This document shows, piece by piece, positions 8,526 through 17,442 of a DNA stretch of 45,227 bases. Every line of letters starts with the position of its first letter. Within the stretch, counting starts at the first letter, position 1. The stretch is from IMG/VR virus record IMGVR_UViG_3300036943_000278, positions 1 through 45,227 of that record, one strand, 5' to 3'. This stretch comes from a virus. Lineage: Duplodnaviria > Caudoviricetes. The translations under genes were made by a program, and so were the position numbers. The notes beneath the pieces are model-generated. The model was not told the origin of the DNA and did no database searches. It saw nothing but the letters and a program-made list of their open reading frames with translations.

Positions 8526-10021
8526 TGGCCCTTGATCCAACCAAACCACTGGATACTGTTCCCATCAAGGATTTACCCAGCTACATCCGGGAAACTCGTG
8601 AGTATATTGAGGACCGCTGGGTTAACAATGTCTCATTCGAATCGGGTGTGTCTGACAACGAGCCTGTGTATTATGACACAGCTACGGGTACATGGAAACA
8701 ATCTCTCGATGGTGATGCGAATCGGGGATTTTTCCATGGTTTTGCTGACGTGACCAACTCGAGAGTTGTCCTGTATGGCACTATTGAAAATGACACTTGG
8801 GATTGGACTGCCACGTCCACAATCTATGTGTCAGATTCAGTGCAGGGTGGCTTGACAGAAGTCGACACTGGCCTCCCTGTTGGTGTCGCAGTAACAGCAA
8901 CGGAGATACTCATTGATACACAGCTCAATGTTGGTGTATCGGACATTGTTGCGGAAATCACTGCAGCTCGCGGTGGTGAGGTAGATCTGGATACACGCCT
9001 TGACAATATTGAGTCTGACGTAGCCACCAACGAGAGTGACCTCGATGTAGTTGAAGCGGAAATTATCGCTGGGCGTGGTGGGGAGGTTAATCTTGATACA
9101 CGCTTTGATAATATCGAAACTGAAATCACCGCGGCGCGTGGGGGTGAATCCGATCTAGACACTCGTTTAGACGGCATTGACGATGAAATATCTGCTATTG
9201 ATACAATACTCCCCGCCTTGACTGGGCATGCCAATAAAGTAGCCCTAGTAAAGGATGATGAATCTGGTTTTGAGTGTATAGCACTCACTGCCGGAGATGG
9301 TATTGCAATTGCGGCTGATGGGGTTACTATCTCTACTGACGTAGATTATTTACCTCTCACTGGAGGTACACTAACGGGTAATCTCACTCTCGATGATGGT
9401 GTTACAAATTCACCTTATCTGCAATGGGTTGGTGGCACCAATGATGATACTATCAGCCTCCGTTTAATTGAAGGTGGTAGTGTTAACACTAGTGTGTTAG
9501 AAATGATATTGTGTGATAATGGGGGCAACTCTCAATTTCGTATAGACAGTGCAGATGGAACAGAAGTGTTCAAGGTCACATCTGCGGGGGATTTAACCAT
9601 TACTGGTGCACTTTCAAAAGGTTCTGGCACATTCAAGATTCCGCATCCCTTAGATGAAACAAAACATTTATATCATGGCTTTATTGAAGGTCCTCGATAT
9701 GACTTGATATATCGTGGTACGGTGGTACTTGTTGATGGCCAGGCTGAAGTAAATATAGACACGGTAAGTGGAATGACTGCGGGTACATTCGAGGCACTTA
9801 CCCAAAATGCTGAAGTTCTTGGTCTCCATAACAAAGATTCCTTTGATCGTGTAAGGGGCGAAATTTCCGGGGCAACCCTAATCATTTACTGTGAGGATGA
9901 GACTAGCACCGACGAAATTAATTGGGCTATAATTGCCGAGCGTGCTGATACCCATATCCTTGCCTTAGATATAACTGACGAAAATGGTTGTCTTATTCCT
10001 GAACAGGATAAGGAGGAATAG
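8522..10021 (+). CDS. Tail fibre protein
   Basis: Three coiled-coil repeats EITAARGGEVDLDTRLDNIE, YLPLTGGTLTGNL motif, C-terminal SKGSGTFKIPHPL domain. Confidence 0.8.
   Translation: MMALDPTKPLDTVPIKDLPSYIRETREYIEDRWVNNVSFESGVSDNEPVYYDTATGTWKQSLDGDANRGFFHGFADVTNSRVVLYGTIENDTWDWTATSTIYVSDSVQGGLTEVDTGLPVGVAVTATEILIDTQLNVGVSDIVAEITAARGGEVDLDTRLDNIESDVATNESDLDVVEAEIIAGRGGEVNLDTRFDNIETEITAARGGESDLDTRLDGIDDEISAIDTILPALTGHANKVALVKDDESGFECIALTAGDGIAIAADGVTISTDVDYLPLTGGTLTGNLTLDDGVTNSPYLQWVGGTNDDTISLRLIEGGSVNTSVLEMILCDNGGNSQFRIDSADGTEVFKVTSAGDLTITGALSKGSGTFKIPHPLDETKHLYHGFIEGPRYDLIYRGTVVLVDGQAEVNIDTVSGMTAGTFEALTQNAEVLGLHNKDSFDRVRGEISGATLIIYCEDETSTDEINWAIIAERADTHILALDITDENGCLIPEQDKEE
8954..9182 (+). 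repeat. Intragenic coding repeat (three ~20 aa units)
   Basis: Peptide repeat with diverged synonymous codons. Confidence 0.8.
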
Positions 10022-10023
10022 AT

Positions 10024-10410
10024 ATGGAACGCTTCAATCTTTCTCTCCCCATCGGTTATGTAGAATCCACTGTGTGGAATCCTATGGGTAAACTCGGCAA
10101 GAATGTGTTTGCCGCATTTAGCCGTACACAGCCCATCATTTGGTATTTCCCACGCTGGTGGATGTTCCCTATCTGGTGGGCTATTAAGCCCATCATTCGC
10201 AACCACGAGCGTGGCCATGCTTGGGGACTCAAGGGTTGCCAAAGTACTGATCGTCGGTGCATTATGCTGGAAGAATCCCAGATCGGTAAGAAGGAAACAC
10301 TCTGGGCAAAGTTCACCATGTTGCCCAGACAAGCAATCTTTGGCCGTGGCCGATTCTGTAGTGCTTGCGCTAGAGAACTTCGTAAAGCCTTGAAAGAGGA
10401 GGAAATGTAA
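10024..10410 (+). CDS. Archaemetzincin-like zinc metalloprotein
   Basis: HERGHAWGLKGC-x6-CIM ... FCSAC signature. Confidence 0.6.
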   Translation: MERFNLSLPIGYVESTVWNPMGKLGKNVFAAFSRTQPIIWYFPRWWMFPIWWAIKPIIRNHERGHAWGLKGCQSTDRRCIMLEESQIGKKETLWAKFTMLPRQAIFGRGRFCSACARELRKALKEEEM

Positions 10411-10940
10411 TGTTGCCGCTCATCGCCGCTGGTTTAGGTACATTAGCTAAAGCCGCAGTGACTGCCGCTGGGGCTAAAGCTGGTGACTGGATTAAGGAAA
10501 AAACGGGCGTGGATGTCAATGAGTACATGGATGGCAAACAGGCAATTCCGCCAGAAATTCAGCAACAACTAATGCAATACCAACTTGAGCATGAAGAAGA
10601 ACTTGCTCGGTTGGCGAAGGAATGGGACGTGGCCCAAATGGATGCCAGAACAGAACGCCATAAGACGGATATGTTATCCGACTCGTGGCTGTCTAAAAAT
10701 ATCCGGCCGCTGGCATTTGGCACCGTGGTTCTCCTGTTCTGTTATGCCATTGCCGATGAGTCTATTGACCAAACAAAAACGGAGATGGTCAAAGACGTGG
10801 TGATCTGGTTTGGTTCCTTCTACTTCACCTTGCGTACAGTCTTTGACAAACGATATAAATCAAATGCCCCTGCTGATACCATCGGTGGTATTCCTGCAGA
10901 AGCCATTAAGTCATTGAAAAGTTATTTTAAACGTGGTTAG
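10410..10940 (+). CDS. Holin (GTA 3TM-holin-like)
   Basis: DSWLSKNIRPL motif plus hydrophobic segments; close to the endolysin. Confidence 0.75.
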   Translation: MLPLIAAGLGTLAKAAVTAAGAKAGDWIKEKTGVDVNEYMDGKQAIPPEIQQQLMQYQLEHEEELARLAKEWDVAQMDARTERHKTDMLSDSWLSKNIRPLAFGTVVLLFCYAIADESIDQTKTEMVKDVVIWFGSFYFTLRTVFDKRYKSNAPADTIGGIPAEAIKSLKSYFKRG

Positions 10941-11352
10941 AGCCTCCTGGCTACAACATAAAGGAGATCTCCAATGCGGAAGTTTTTCAAGCGCGCGCTT
11001 GCGGTTCTGGCAATCCTGAGCATCTTGGCTGTGGGGACAGCTACGCTTGTTCCCGCTGCGCGGGTGCCAATTCAGGAGTTCATCAAGATCAACTACAACA
11101 AGATCATTATGTCATTGTATAATACCCATACCGAAGCTATTCAGCGGGTATTTGGGTATGAGACCAATGGCACTGTGGGCTGTATCTGGTGGTTTGCTGA
11201 TTCTACCAATGCTACCCGGGACAAGGCATATTTGTGTGTTGACATCGCCGAAGATGGTAGCTTCGAAAATGCCACGATGGATACCGTACCGCCCTGGGAT
11301 GGTGCGGCTAGCGCTACTAGCATTTCGGACTAAGTAACAGGAGGCTCTAGCC
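10935..11352 (+). promoter_or_regulatory. Long-range inverted repeat (10935-10949 / 11338-11352) covering the holin stop and the endolysin RBS
   Basis: GGTTAGAGCCTCCTG pairs with CAGGAGGCTCTAGCC: 14 Watson-Crick pairs plus one G-U on the + strand RNA. Confidence 0.7.
10974..11333 (+). CDS. Secreted hypothetical protein
   Basis: AAGGAG RBS; MRKFFKRALAVLAILSILAVGTA signal peptide. Confidence 0.75.
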   Translation: MRKFFKRALAVLAILSILAVGTATLVPAARVPIQEFIKINYNKIIMSLYNTHTEAIQRVFGYETNGTVGCIWWFADSTNATRDKAYLCVDIAEDGSFENATMDTVPPWDGAASATSISD

Positions 11353-11697
11353 ATGTCTTTAGTCGCTGAACAGAACAAGTTCTTGCAAGATGTTGTAAAG
11401 CTCCTCGTAAAAGCATGGGAAATGGGCTTTACCGTTACAGCAGGAGAAGTCTATCGGCCAACGGAAATGCAGGCAATTTATGTGAAAACAGGTAGATCTA
11501 ACACCATGCATAGTAAGCACAACCTACGCCTTGCAATAGATCTCAATATATTCAAGGACGGCCAGCTTACCTATGATCCTGAAATCATTGCTCCTTTAGG
11601 AACGTATTGGCAAAGTCTTTCGAGGAAAAACAAATGGGGTGGTAACTTTTCGACATTGAAGGACACACCCCATTTCGAACGCAATCCCTGGGCGTAA
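11353..11697 (+). CDS. Endolysin, peptidase M15 family
   Basis: SKHNLRLAIDL (SxH-x6-D) and WGGNF...DTPHFE motifs. Confidence 0.9.
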   Translation: MSLVAEQNKFLQDVVKLLVKAWEMGFTVTAGEVYRPTEMQAIYVKTGRSNTMHSKHNLRLAIDLNIFKDGQLTYDPEIIAPLGTYWQSLSRKNKWGGNFSTLKDTPHFERNPWA

Positions 11698-11708
11698 TTC
11701 AGGATTAC
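11694..11708. promoter_or_regulatory. Dispersed palindrome copy 3 (GTAATTCAGGATTAC)
   Basis: Overlaps the endolysin stop codon, upstream of the scaffold gene. Confidence 0.85.
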
Positions 11709-11728
11709 ACCATAATGGAGGTTTTATC

Positions 11729-12583
11729 ATGGGCGCGGAAGGATTAGCACAGTTTCTTGGTGGATCAGCCAACGACACCAAGCCTGACAATGGCACGGCG
11801 ACTCCTGAAGATTCCACTTCTCTAGAAGACAAGGAAGTGGTTGACACCGAGGAGACCCTGGAATCGGACGACGACCTCGAGGAAGTCGAGGATGTGGACG
11901 ATGACGATGATGACGAGCCAGAAACTCCCACCCTTAGCCCCGACATATTGGAGCTTAAGGGTATGGTTTCCGAGCTTGTTAAAAGTCAAGTCCAGGCCAA
12001 GTCCAAAACAGACACTACTGATGAGGGCGACCAGGATGATATTCCTGTCTACCAGTTTTTCTCCGACGAAGAAGCCGAGAAACTCTTCGAAGACAGGGAT
12101 ATCTCCATGTTGAATACGGCCATGTCCAGATCAATGCATGCTACGCAACAGCAGGTTTTATCCGCGTTGCCTCAGATCATGCGCAAGCAAGTTCCAGCTA
12201 TGGTACAGGAAATGCTCACCGTTGAACGGTTCTATGACAGGAATCCGGATTTGCTCGATCATCGGCAACATCTGGCTCTCCATGCAGAAAAAGTTCAACG
12301 GGAGAATCCTGGCCTCAGTGCGAACGAGTTGCTTGATAAGGCTGCAAAGTCTTTTCGCAAAGCGTTCGGAATGCCTGAGCCTAACAAACAGGGCAGCAAA
12401 GAAAAGCCCAAAACTCCCGAGTCCTCCGGGCAAGCGGCTAAGAAGAAACGTAAGCCGAAGACGCAAGCGGATGGTGTGGGAGGCAAGGCAGGTGGGCCGA
12501 ACAAGTCTGAGCCAAAGTCGACAGAAGGAGCATCCAAGCACATCGACTCTATGCTTGATTATGTCCGTGGCACGAGGAAGTAG
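11729..12583 (+). CDS. Capsid scaffolding protein
   Basis: Acidic N-terminus, helical core, located directly before the MCP. Confidence 0.7.
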   Translation: MGAEGLAQFLGGSANDTKPDNGTATPEDSTSLEDKEVVDTEETLESDDDLEEVEDVDDDDDDEPETPTLSPDILELKGMVSELVKSQVQAKSKTDTTDEGDQDDIPVYQFFSDEEAEKLFEDRDISMLNTAMSRSMHATQQQVLSALPQIMRKQVPAMVQEMLTVERFYDRNPDLLDHRQHLALHAEKVQRENPGLSANELLDKAAKSFRKAFGMPEPNKQGSKEKPKTPESSGQAAKKKRKPKTQADGVGGKAGGPNKSEPKSTEGASKHIDSMLDYVRGTRK

Positions 12584-12620
12584 TACGCCGCTGTAACGTA
12601 CTAATTAAGGAGAACATATA

Positions 12621-13910
12621 ATGGCTCTTGACATTCTCACTGGCATGATGTACTCGTCCGGGTGGAATGATACTGATCGTCGTCCGATGAACTGGCGGGA
12701 AACCATTTCGTACCTGTACCCCAATGGCAAAGCTCCGCTCACGGCTCTTCTTGGCCTCATTGATGGCAAGGAACTGACCGACGACGCGCAGTACCATTGG
12801 TGGACCAAGACCCTGGTCGAAAAAGGCATTAATGTCGCGGGCATCTACAGCGACGCCAGTCTCACTACTGCCTATAACCCGTCCGGAGAAAGCTCCATTG
12901 CGGCCATTGGCGATACGTTGTATCTCGACATTGACGACGATGACAACGCCAGCGATGACTACAAGAAGTTCCGCGCTGGTCAAACCATCATGCTCGTTGA
13001 CAAGGACGATACGCAGTATCGCTTCGTAGCTATGATCGACGAAGTGTCGTCCACCCAAATGACCATCACCATGCTCACTGCCGGCGACTGGCAAACTACC
13101 AAGTGTGAACTGGAAGATGTTGACCGAGCGCTCGTTGTTGGTAACGCTAACGAGGAAGGTGCTGGAATTCCCGACATCATCACCTTTGAGCCTGTGAAGT
13201 ACTACAACTACACGCAGATCTTCCGCACACCTATCGGCATCACCCGTACGGGTAAGAAGACCCGTCTGCGTACTGGTAACCAGGTCGAGCAGGCTAAGAA
13301 GGAAGCCCTGGAAGATCACTCTGTTGATCTCGAAATGGCCTTCCTTTTCGGTTCTCGCTCGGAGCGCACTGGTCCCGGTGGTATGCCCATTCGCACCACG
13401 GATGGTATTTACCATTTCAAGGACAAGGACGACGAGCTGGTCGTGCCCCGTGCGGCCTTCTCGGGCACCTGGGCAGGTACGGAAACTTCCAATGGTTATT
13501 ACTGGTTGATGACCCAACTGGAAATCCTCTTCCGTTACGGTTCGGATACCAAGATTTGCTTCTGCGGTAACGGCGCCTTGCTGGGCATCAACTGGGCCGC
13601 AGCGGGCAACCATGACCTCACCATCGAAGGTGTGAAGACCGACTTTGGTATGAACTTCCAGCAAATGACCACTCCGTTTGGGCAGGTCATGTTCAAGACC
13701 CATCCGAAGTTCAACCAGACCACGCATCTCCGCAAGCTCTGTATGTTCCTCGACCCGGCGAACCTCAACTACCGCTACATTGATGACACCGACTACTACC
13801 CCGAGCGTCAAGCCAATGACATCGACGGCGAAAAGTCGGAGTACCTGACTGAAGCGGGCCTGGAACTCCACCACGGCGAGACCTTCCGTATCTTGGAGAA
13901 CGTCGGCTAA
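12621..13910 (+). CDS. Major capsid protein (DUF5309/SU10-like)
   Basis: YNYTQIFRT, DLEMAFLFG, TPFGQV and YLTEAGLE motifs; strong RBS and biased codon usage. Confidence 0.92.
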   Translation: MALDILTGMMYSSGWNDTDRRPMNWRETISYLYPNGKAPLTALLGLIDGKELTDDAQYHWWTKTLVEKGINVAGIYSDASLTTAYNPSGESSIAAIGDTLYLDIDDDDNASDDYKKFRAGQTIMLVDKDDTQYRFVAMIDEVSSTQMTITMLTAGDWQTTKCELEDVDRALVVGNANEEGAGIPDIITFEPVKYYNYTQIFRTPIGITRTGKKTRLRTGNQVEQAKKEALEDHSVDLEMAFLFGSRSERTGPGGMPIRTTDGIYHFKDKDDELVVPRAAFSGTWAGTETSNGYYWLMTQLEILFRYGSDTKICFCGNGALLGINWAAAGNHDLTIEGVKTDFGMNFQQMTTPFGQVMFKTHPKFNQTTHLRKLCMFLDPANLNYRYIDDTDYYPERQANDIDGEKSEYLTEAGLELHHGETFRILENVG

Positions 13911-13926
13911 TTGAGTCAACCTAAAT

Positions 13927-13954
13927 AGGGGGTGGGAATACTCACCCCCTTATT
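13927..13954 (+). terminator. Hairpin terminator after the MCP
   Basis: AGGGGGTGGG-AATA-CTCACCCCCT followed by a short TATT tail. Confidence 0.65.
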
Positions 13955-13965
13955 AAGGATTCGCC

Positions 13966-14691
13966 ATGCAGCTATCGGAACAAATTGCAGATTTCAAAGA
14001 CTTTGCTGGTCGTGACGAGTTGTCGGATGACCAAGTAAAGCGGTTGCTCAATCGGGGAATTGAATTCCTCATGCCAATGATCAGTGGATACTTGGCAGAA
14101 TCCTACACCCCGACGGTATTGCCAGCTGGGCGTAACATGATCGAAGTATCGTCATGGCTGATGTCAGTACGAAAAATTTATTACATGAACCCTGATGATT
14201 CCATTGCCAGTGGGCGAGCTTACCGAGAGATGGTCCAGTACTTCGATCTGGCCGATTTCATCGAGGACTTCCCTACTCAAACCGGTACTGGCACACCCAC
14301 GAGTTTTGTTGTAATGGCCGCATTACCCCCGCAAGAAGCGGATGATACGAGTGTAATATTCGATGCGGGCGAGATGTGGACAGCGGCGATGTTTGGCAAT
14401 TTGAATGCCGTCAACATTCTGTTCAGTACCGCACCTGAGGAAAACATTGATCTACGTATCGTAGGTAAACGGAGAATTAATAAACTTAACGAATCTGATG
14501 ACTATAACTGGCTGACTGTACATACCCCTGAATTGCTCAACCATGCGGCTTTGTATTTCTTGCTTATGCAACAGCGGCAATATAAAGGCGCAGCTGATTT
14601 GCAAATGATGATTGATCGGTTAATCACTACCTTGAACGTACAATCCTCGGAAGAAGATGCCGAGAAGTTAGGGAACCAAATCGATGGCTAA
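13966..14691 (+). CDS. Head-tail adaptor (tail tubular protein A-like)
   Basis: Follows the MCP; NWLTVHTPELLNHAAL motif. Confidence 0.7.
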   Translation: MQLSEQIADFKDFAGRDELSDDQVKRLLNRGIEFLMPMISGYLAESYTPTVLPAGRNMIEVSSWLMSVRKIYYMNPDDSIASGRAYREMVQYFDLADFIEDFPTQTGTGTPTSFVVMAALPPQEADDTSVIFDAGEMWTAAMFGNLNAVNILFSTAPEENIDLRIVGKRRINKLNESDDYNWLTVHTPELLNHAALYFLLMQQRQYKGAADLQMMIDRLITTLNVQSSEEDAEKLGNQIDG

Positions 14692-14938
14692 TCCAGATAA
14701 GTTACTGCTTCCCCTCCCGGAGTTGAAGCATGGTATCTCGACAACGCCAGATATTCTTCACCAACATCCTGATCTAGCCACGATCAAGAATGCGCGTGTG
14801 ATGGAGAACTATGAATTACTCGGCGTTACTAGCTATGATACCAATGTTGTCACGGATCCGTTGAACTCCACCCTCGCCGTAGTGTCAGGGAAAGTTGTCG
14901 TTGTCGATCAAGACATAGGGATTACGATCTATGATTGA
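14684..14938 (+). CDS. Putative tail protein
   Basis: Translationally coupled ORF in the tail block. Confidence 0.55.
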   Translation: MANPDKLLLPLPELKHGISTTPDILHQHPDLATIKNARVMENYELLGVTSYDTNVVTDPLNSTLAVVSGKVVVVDQDIGITIYD

Positions 14939-16079
14939 TACAGCACGGATTGGCACTGAACTGTTGGTTAGGAAATCTGACGGTACAGCCAAACTATTAC
15001 GATATGATGAGAGTATCGAGAACAAGACTCTCATATCCCATACCGGACGTATCTGTTCCTGGCATGGTTCTGTAATACTCTGTAATTATCCTGTAGCCGG
15101 CGCGTTCTTTATTAACCAGCCGGTTCTGGTTCCTGAAAGTGGGTTCCTGCCTTCGCCAGCCAATGACGGAACTACCTCGTATAGTGATGCACATCCCCGC
15201 AACGGACTTGTATTCACTCTCGATAATAGTTCTAATGTCTTTGGTGCACACCCATTTCAGAATAGCCTCATGGTCTACGGCAATGCCTCCTCTGCCGTGA
15301 TCAGTCTGGGTTCGCCACCTGCTCAGAAGACTGTAGGGGTTGGCTGCTTAAACGATCATGCATGGGCAGGTGGAGAACGCGTCGGCTACTGGATAGGTAC
15401 AGACAAGAACCTCTGGACGATCAATGAAAAAGGTGTGCAGAATATTGGATATGGATGGATATTCAAAGATTACAGTCGTGCCCATCTTTGGTACGTCGAG
15501 GAAACTGCTGATCTATTCATCGTATTGGATAAGAATACAACTGGGGCATTAAGCGAAGCAAAGATGTACTGGTTTATGCAGGGATTGGCTGAGATGGACA
15601 ATATCTATCTCCACCCTGCATACCATCCAACCGATGGATTACTTGCATTGGACACTGACGGAAACCTAGTGTCATTCAACCTGCCCAAGCAGGCATCCAC
15701 TATCGAGTATGACTGGGATGATTTTTCATACAGCTTTCCCACGAGGGGGCCCGATTTCGTCACATCCTGGGCAGATTTCAAAACAGGCAATTTGAAATCT
15801 ATTACTGGCCTTGAATGTGCCACTACCCCTGTACATCCCATCTACGTACAGATTGAAGCCATGGCACCGCCTAGCACTACAGTAACTACAAAACAATTTG
15901 TTATCACGGCAAAGAATCCAGTCGGAGAAGTATTTATCGAAGGAGCGAGGTTTAGATTCAAATTATGGTTTGCGACCTATGAAGATGCTGGCGCAATGAG
16001 GATATCACAATTCCGTGTTCATGTTAATGGTGATGACTTGCGAGGTATCTATGCTGCTGCAGAAGGTTCATTTATCTAG
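14931..16079 (+). CDS. Putative tail nozzle/stabilisation protein (beta-rich)
   Basis: Position in the tail block and beta-propeller-like composition. Confidence 0.55.
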   Translation: MIDTARIGTELLVRKSDGTAKLLRYDESIENKTLISHTGRICSWHGSVILCNYPVAGAFFINQPVLVPESGFLPSPANDGTTSYSDAHPRNGLVFTLDNSSNVFGAHPFQNSLMVYGNASSAVISLGSPPAQKTVGVGCLNDHAWAGGERVGYWIGTDKNLWTINEKGVQNIGYGWIFKDYSRAHLWYVEETADLFIVLDKNTTGALSEAKMYWFMQGLAEMDNIYLHPAYHPTDGLLALDTDGNLVSFNLPKQASTIEYDWDDFSYSFPTRGPDFVTSWADFKTGNLKSITGLECATTPVHPIYVQIEAMAPPSTTVTTKQFVITAKNPVGEVFIEGARFRFKLWFATYEDAGAMRISQFRVHVNGDDLRGIYAAAEGSFI

Positions 16080-16464
16080 ATTAACAGAACTCTGGCCCGC
16101 GCTTACGGCAGCCCCTGTGCAAGCAGGGTATGACCAAGCGGAAATGATGAAAAACTGCCTATTAAACCTCGTGGATGTGTATATGTCCAAAACGCCAGCT
16201 TGCTGGTTTATGGTCAGTTACATGCACGACGCAGTGGATACGAAGTGGCGTGTCCTACGGGTACTTTGTGGCTGGGCGGAAACAAACATCCACGAGTATG
16301 TCGAAGACATCATTAACGACTTTGTGCAGGTTGCACGACACAATAATTGTTCTGGTGTGATGTTTAATCGTGATGGGTATTTTTTACACAAAATGCTCAC
16401 CGTTGCCGAAGAACTCGACAGCATACCTGATCTGGAGGCGATATGGCTGAAAGTACAATGGTAA
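16051..16464 (+). CDS. Hypothetical virion-morphogenesis protein (possibly GNAT-like)
   Basis: GAGG RBS before the ATG at 16051; position between the nozzle and internal proteins. Confidence 0.5.
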   Translation: MLLQKVHLSRLTELWPALTAAPVQAGYDQAEMMKNCLLNLVDVYMSKTPACWFMVSYMHDAVDTKWRVLRVLCGWAETNIHEYVEDIINDFVQVARHNNCSGVMFNRDGYFLHKMLTVAEELDSIPDLEAIWLKVQW

Positions 16465-17408
16465 CAAGTTATCCCACTTGGGTACAGAATGAGTGGACAG
16501 ACATGTTTGATGAGGTGGAAAGCCTTGTCGGAGACTGCTCACTTCCAGGTGCATGGGGGGATATCGATGCCGAAGATTACCACGGCGCGACTCCGGATGC
16601 TACAGAGTATACCAAAGCTGTTGTAGCCGCATTGAATGATTTCAACCTAGATACTGAGACAAGTAGCTACTGGGTTACACCATTCACTGGCGCACCAGCA
16701 TGGGATACTGGGCTGGGTGGGAAAGAAGACGACCTCTGGACTACCTGGGGTAACTATGACAGTCCAGCGGATCTCCAAGATACGATCAACGATATGGTCG
16801 AGGACTATATTGAAGATCAGTTGGATAAACTGGATAGCCAGATATTCCCTGAAGCTATCAACAACTTTGTGCCGAATAACACAGTATTTTCCTCTATCTA
16901 TTCCCGCTTCGTCTTGGATGCCTATCTCGACGTGAACTACAAGGCAGAGAAAATGCGCAGTGAATTGACGGTTGATCTGGTTGACAAGACCATGACCCGT
17001 ACTGTAGAACTCATGAAGGCCGCATCTGCTCGCAAGGCACAGATGGATGTTGCACGGGCAGATATTGCAATTAAGCGTGGGTTAGCAGATGGGCAAATGC
17101 AGGAACTCAAAACCAAAGTCATTGCTTCTGCTAACCAACTCATGCTGGCCGATAAATTCACCACTGATAAGGCTGAATACGTGAATGCCATTGCAGAAGC
17201 ACGCTTTGACCTGGACACTTACAAATACCTCTTCGAAGCTATGGCGGCACTCCACGGCGCTACACCGCTGAGAGAGGAGAGTGCAGTGTCTGGTTGGAAA
17301 GCTATGTCGAGCCAAGAAAAGGCATTTGCCACCATAGGCACCGGGGTGTCAATTCTCAGTGGTATGGGTGGACTGGCCAAGGACATTCATTCATTATTTA
17401 AGGACTAG
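16443..17408 (+). CDS. Putative internal virion/ejection protein
   Basis: Helical protein in the ejectosome position. Confidence 0.55.
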   Translation: MAESTMVTSYPTWVQNEWTDMFDEVESLVGDCSLPGAWGDIDAEDYHGATPDATEYTKAVVAALNDFNLDTETSSYWVTPFTGAPAWDTGLGGKEDDLWTTWGNYDSPADLQDTINDMVEDYIEDQLDKLDSQIFPEAINNFVPNNTVFSSIYSRFVLDAYLDVNYKAEKMRSELTVDLVDKTMTRTVELMKAASARKAQMDVARADIAIKRGLADGQMQELKTKVIASANQLMLADKFTTDKAEYVNAIAEARFDLDTYKYLFEAMAALHGATPLREESAVSGWKAMSSQEKAFATIGTGVSILSGMGGLAKDIHSLFKD

Positions 17409-17415
17409 TTGAGGC

Positions 17416-17430
17416 GTAATTCAAGATTAC
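17416..17430. promoter_or_regulatory. Dispersed palindrome copy 4 (GTAATTCAAGATTAC)
   Basis: Intergenic, within 17409-17442. Confidence 0.85.
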
Positions 17431-17442
17431 ACCGAGGGTTCT

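Noticed and set aside
12549-13919. 456-aa antisense ORF opposite the major capsid gene
   Set aside because: Shadow ORF produced by the strong codon bias of the MCP; no RBS or recognisable motifs.
14311-14326. GTAATGGCCGCATTAC palindrome resembling the dispersed motif
   Set aside because: The spacer is 6 nt rather than 5, does not fit YYNRR, and lies mid-CDS.
14684-16079. Possible frameshift splitting one tail nozzle gene
   Set aside because: The ATGATTGA 8-nt overlap is ordinary translational coupling, and no slippery site is evident.
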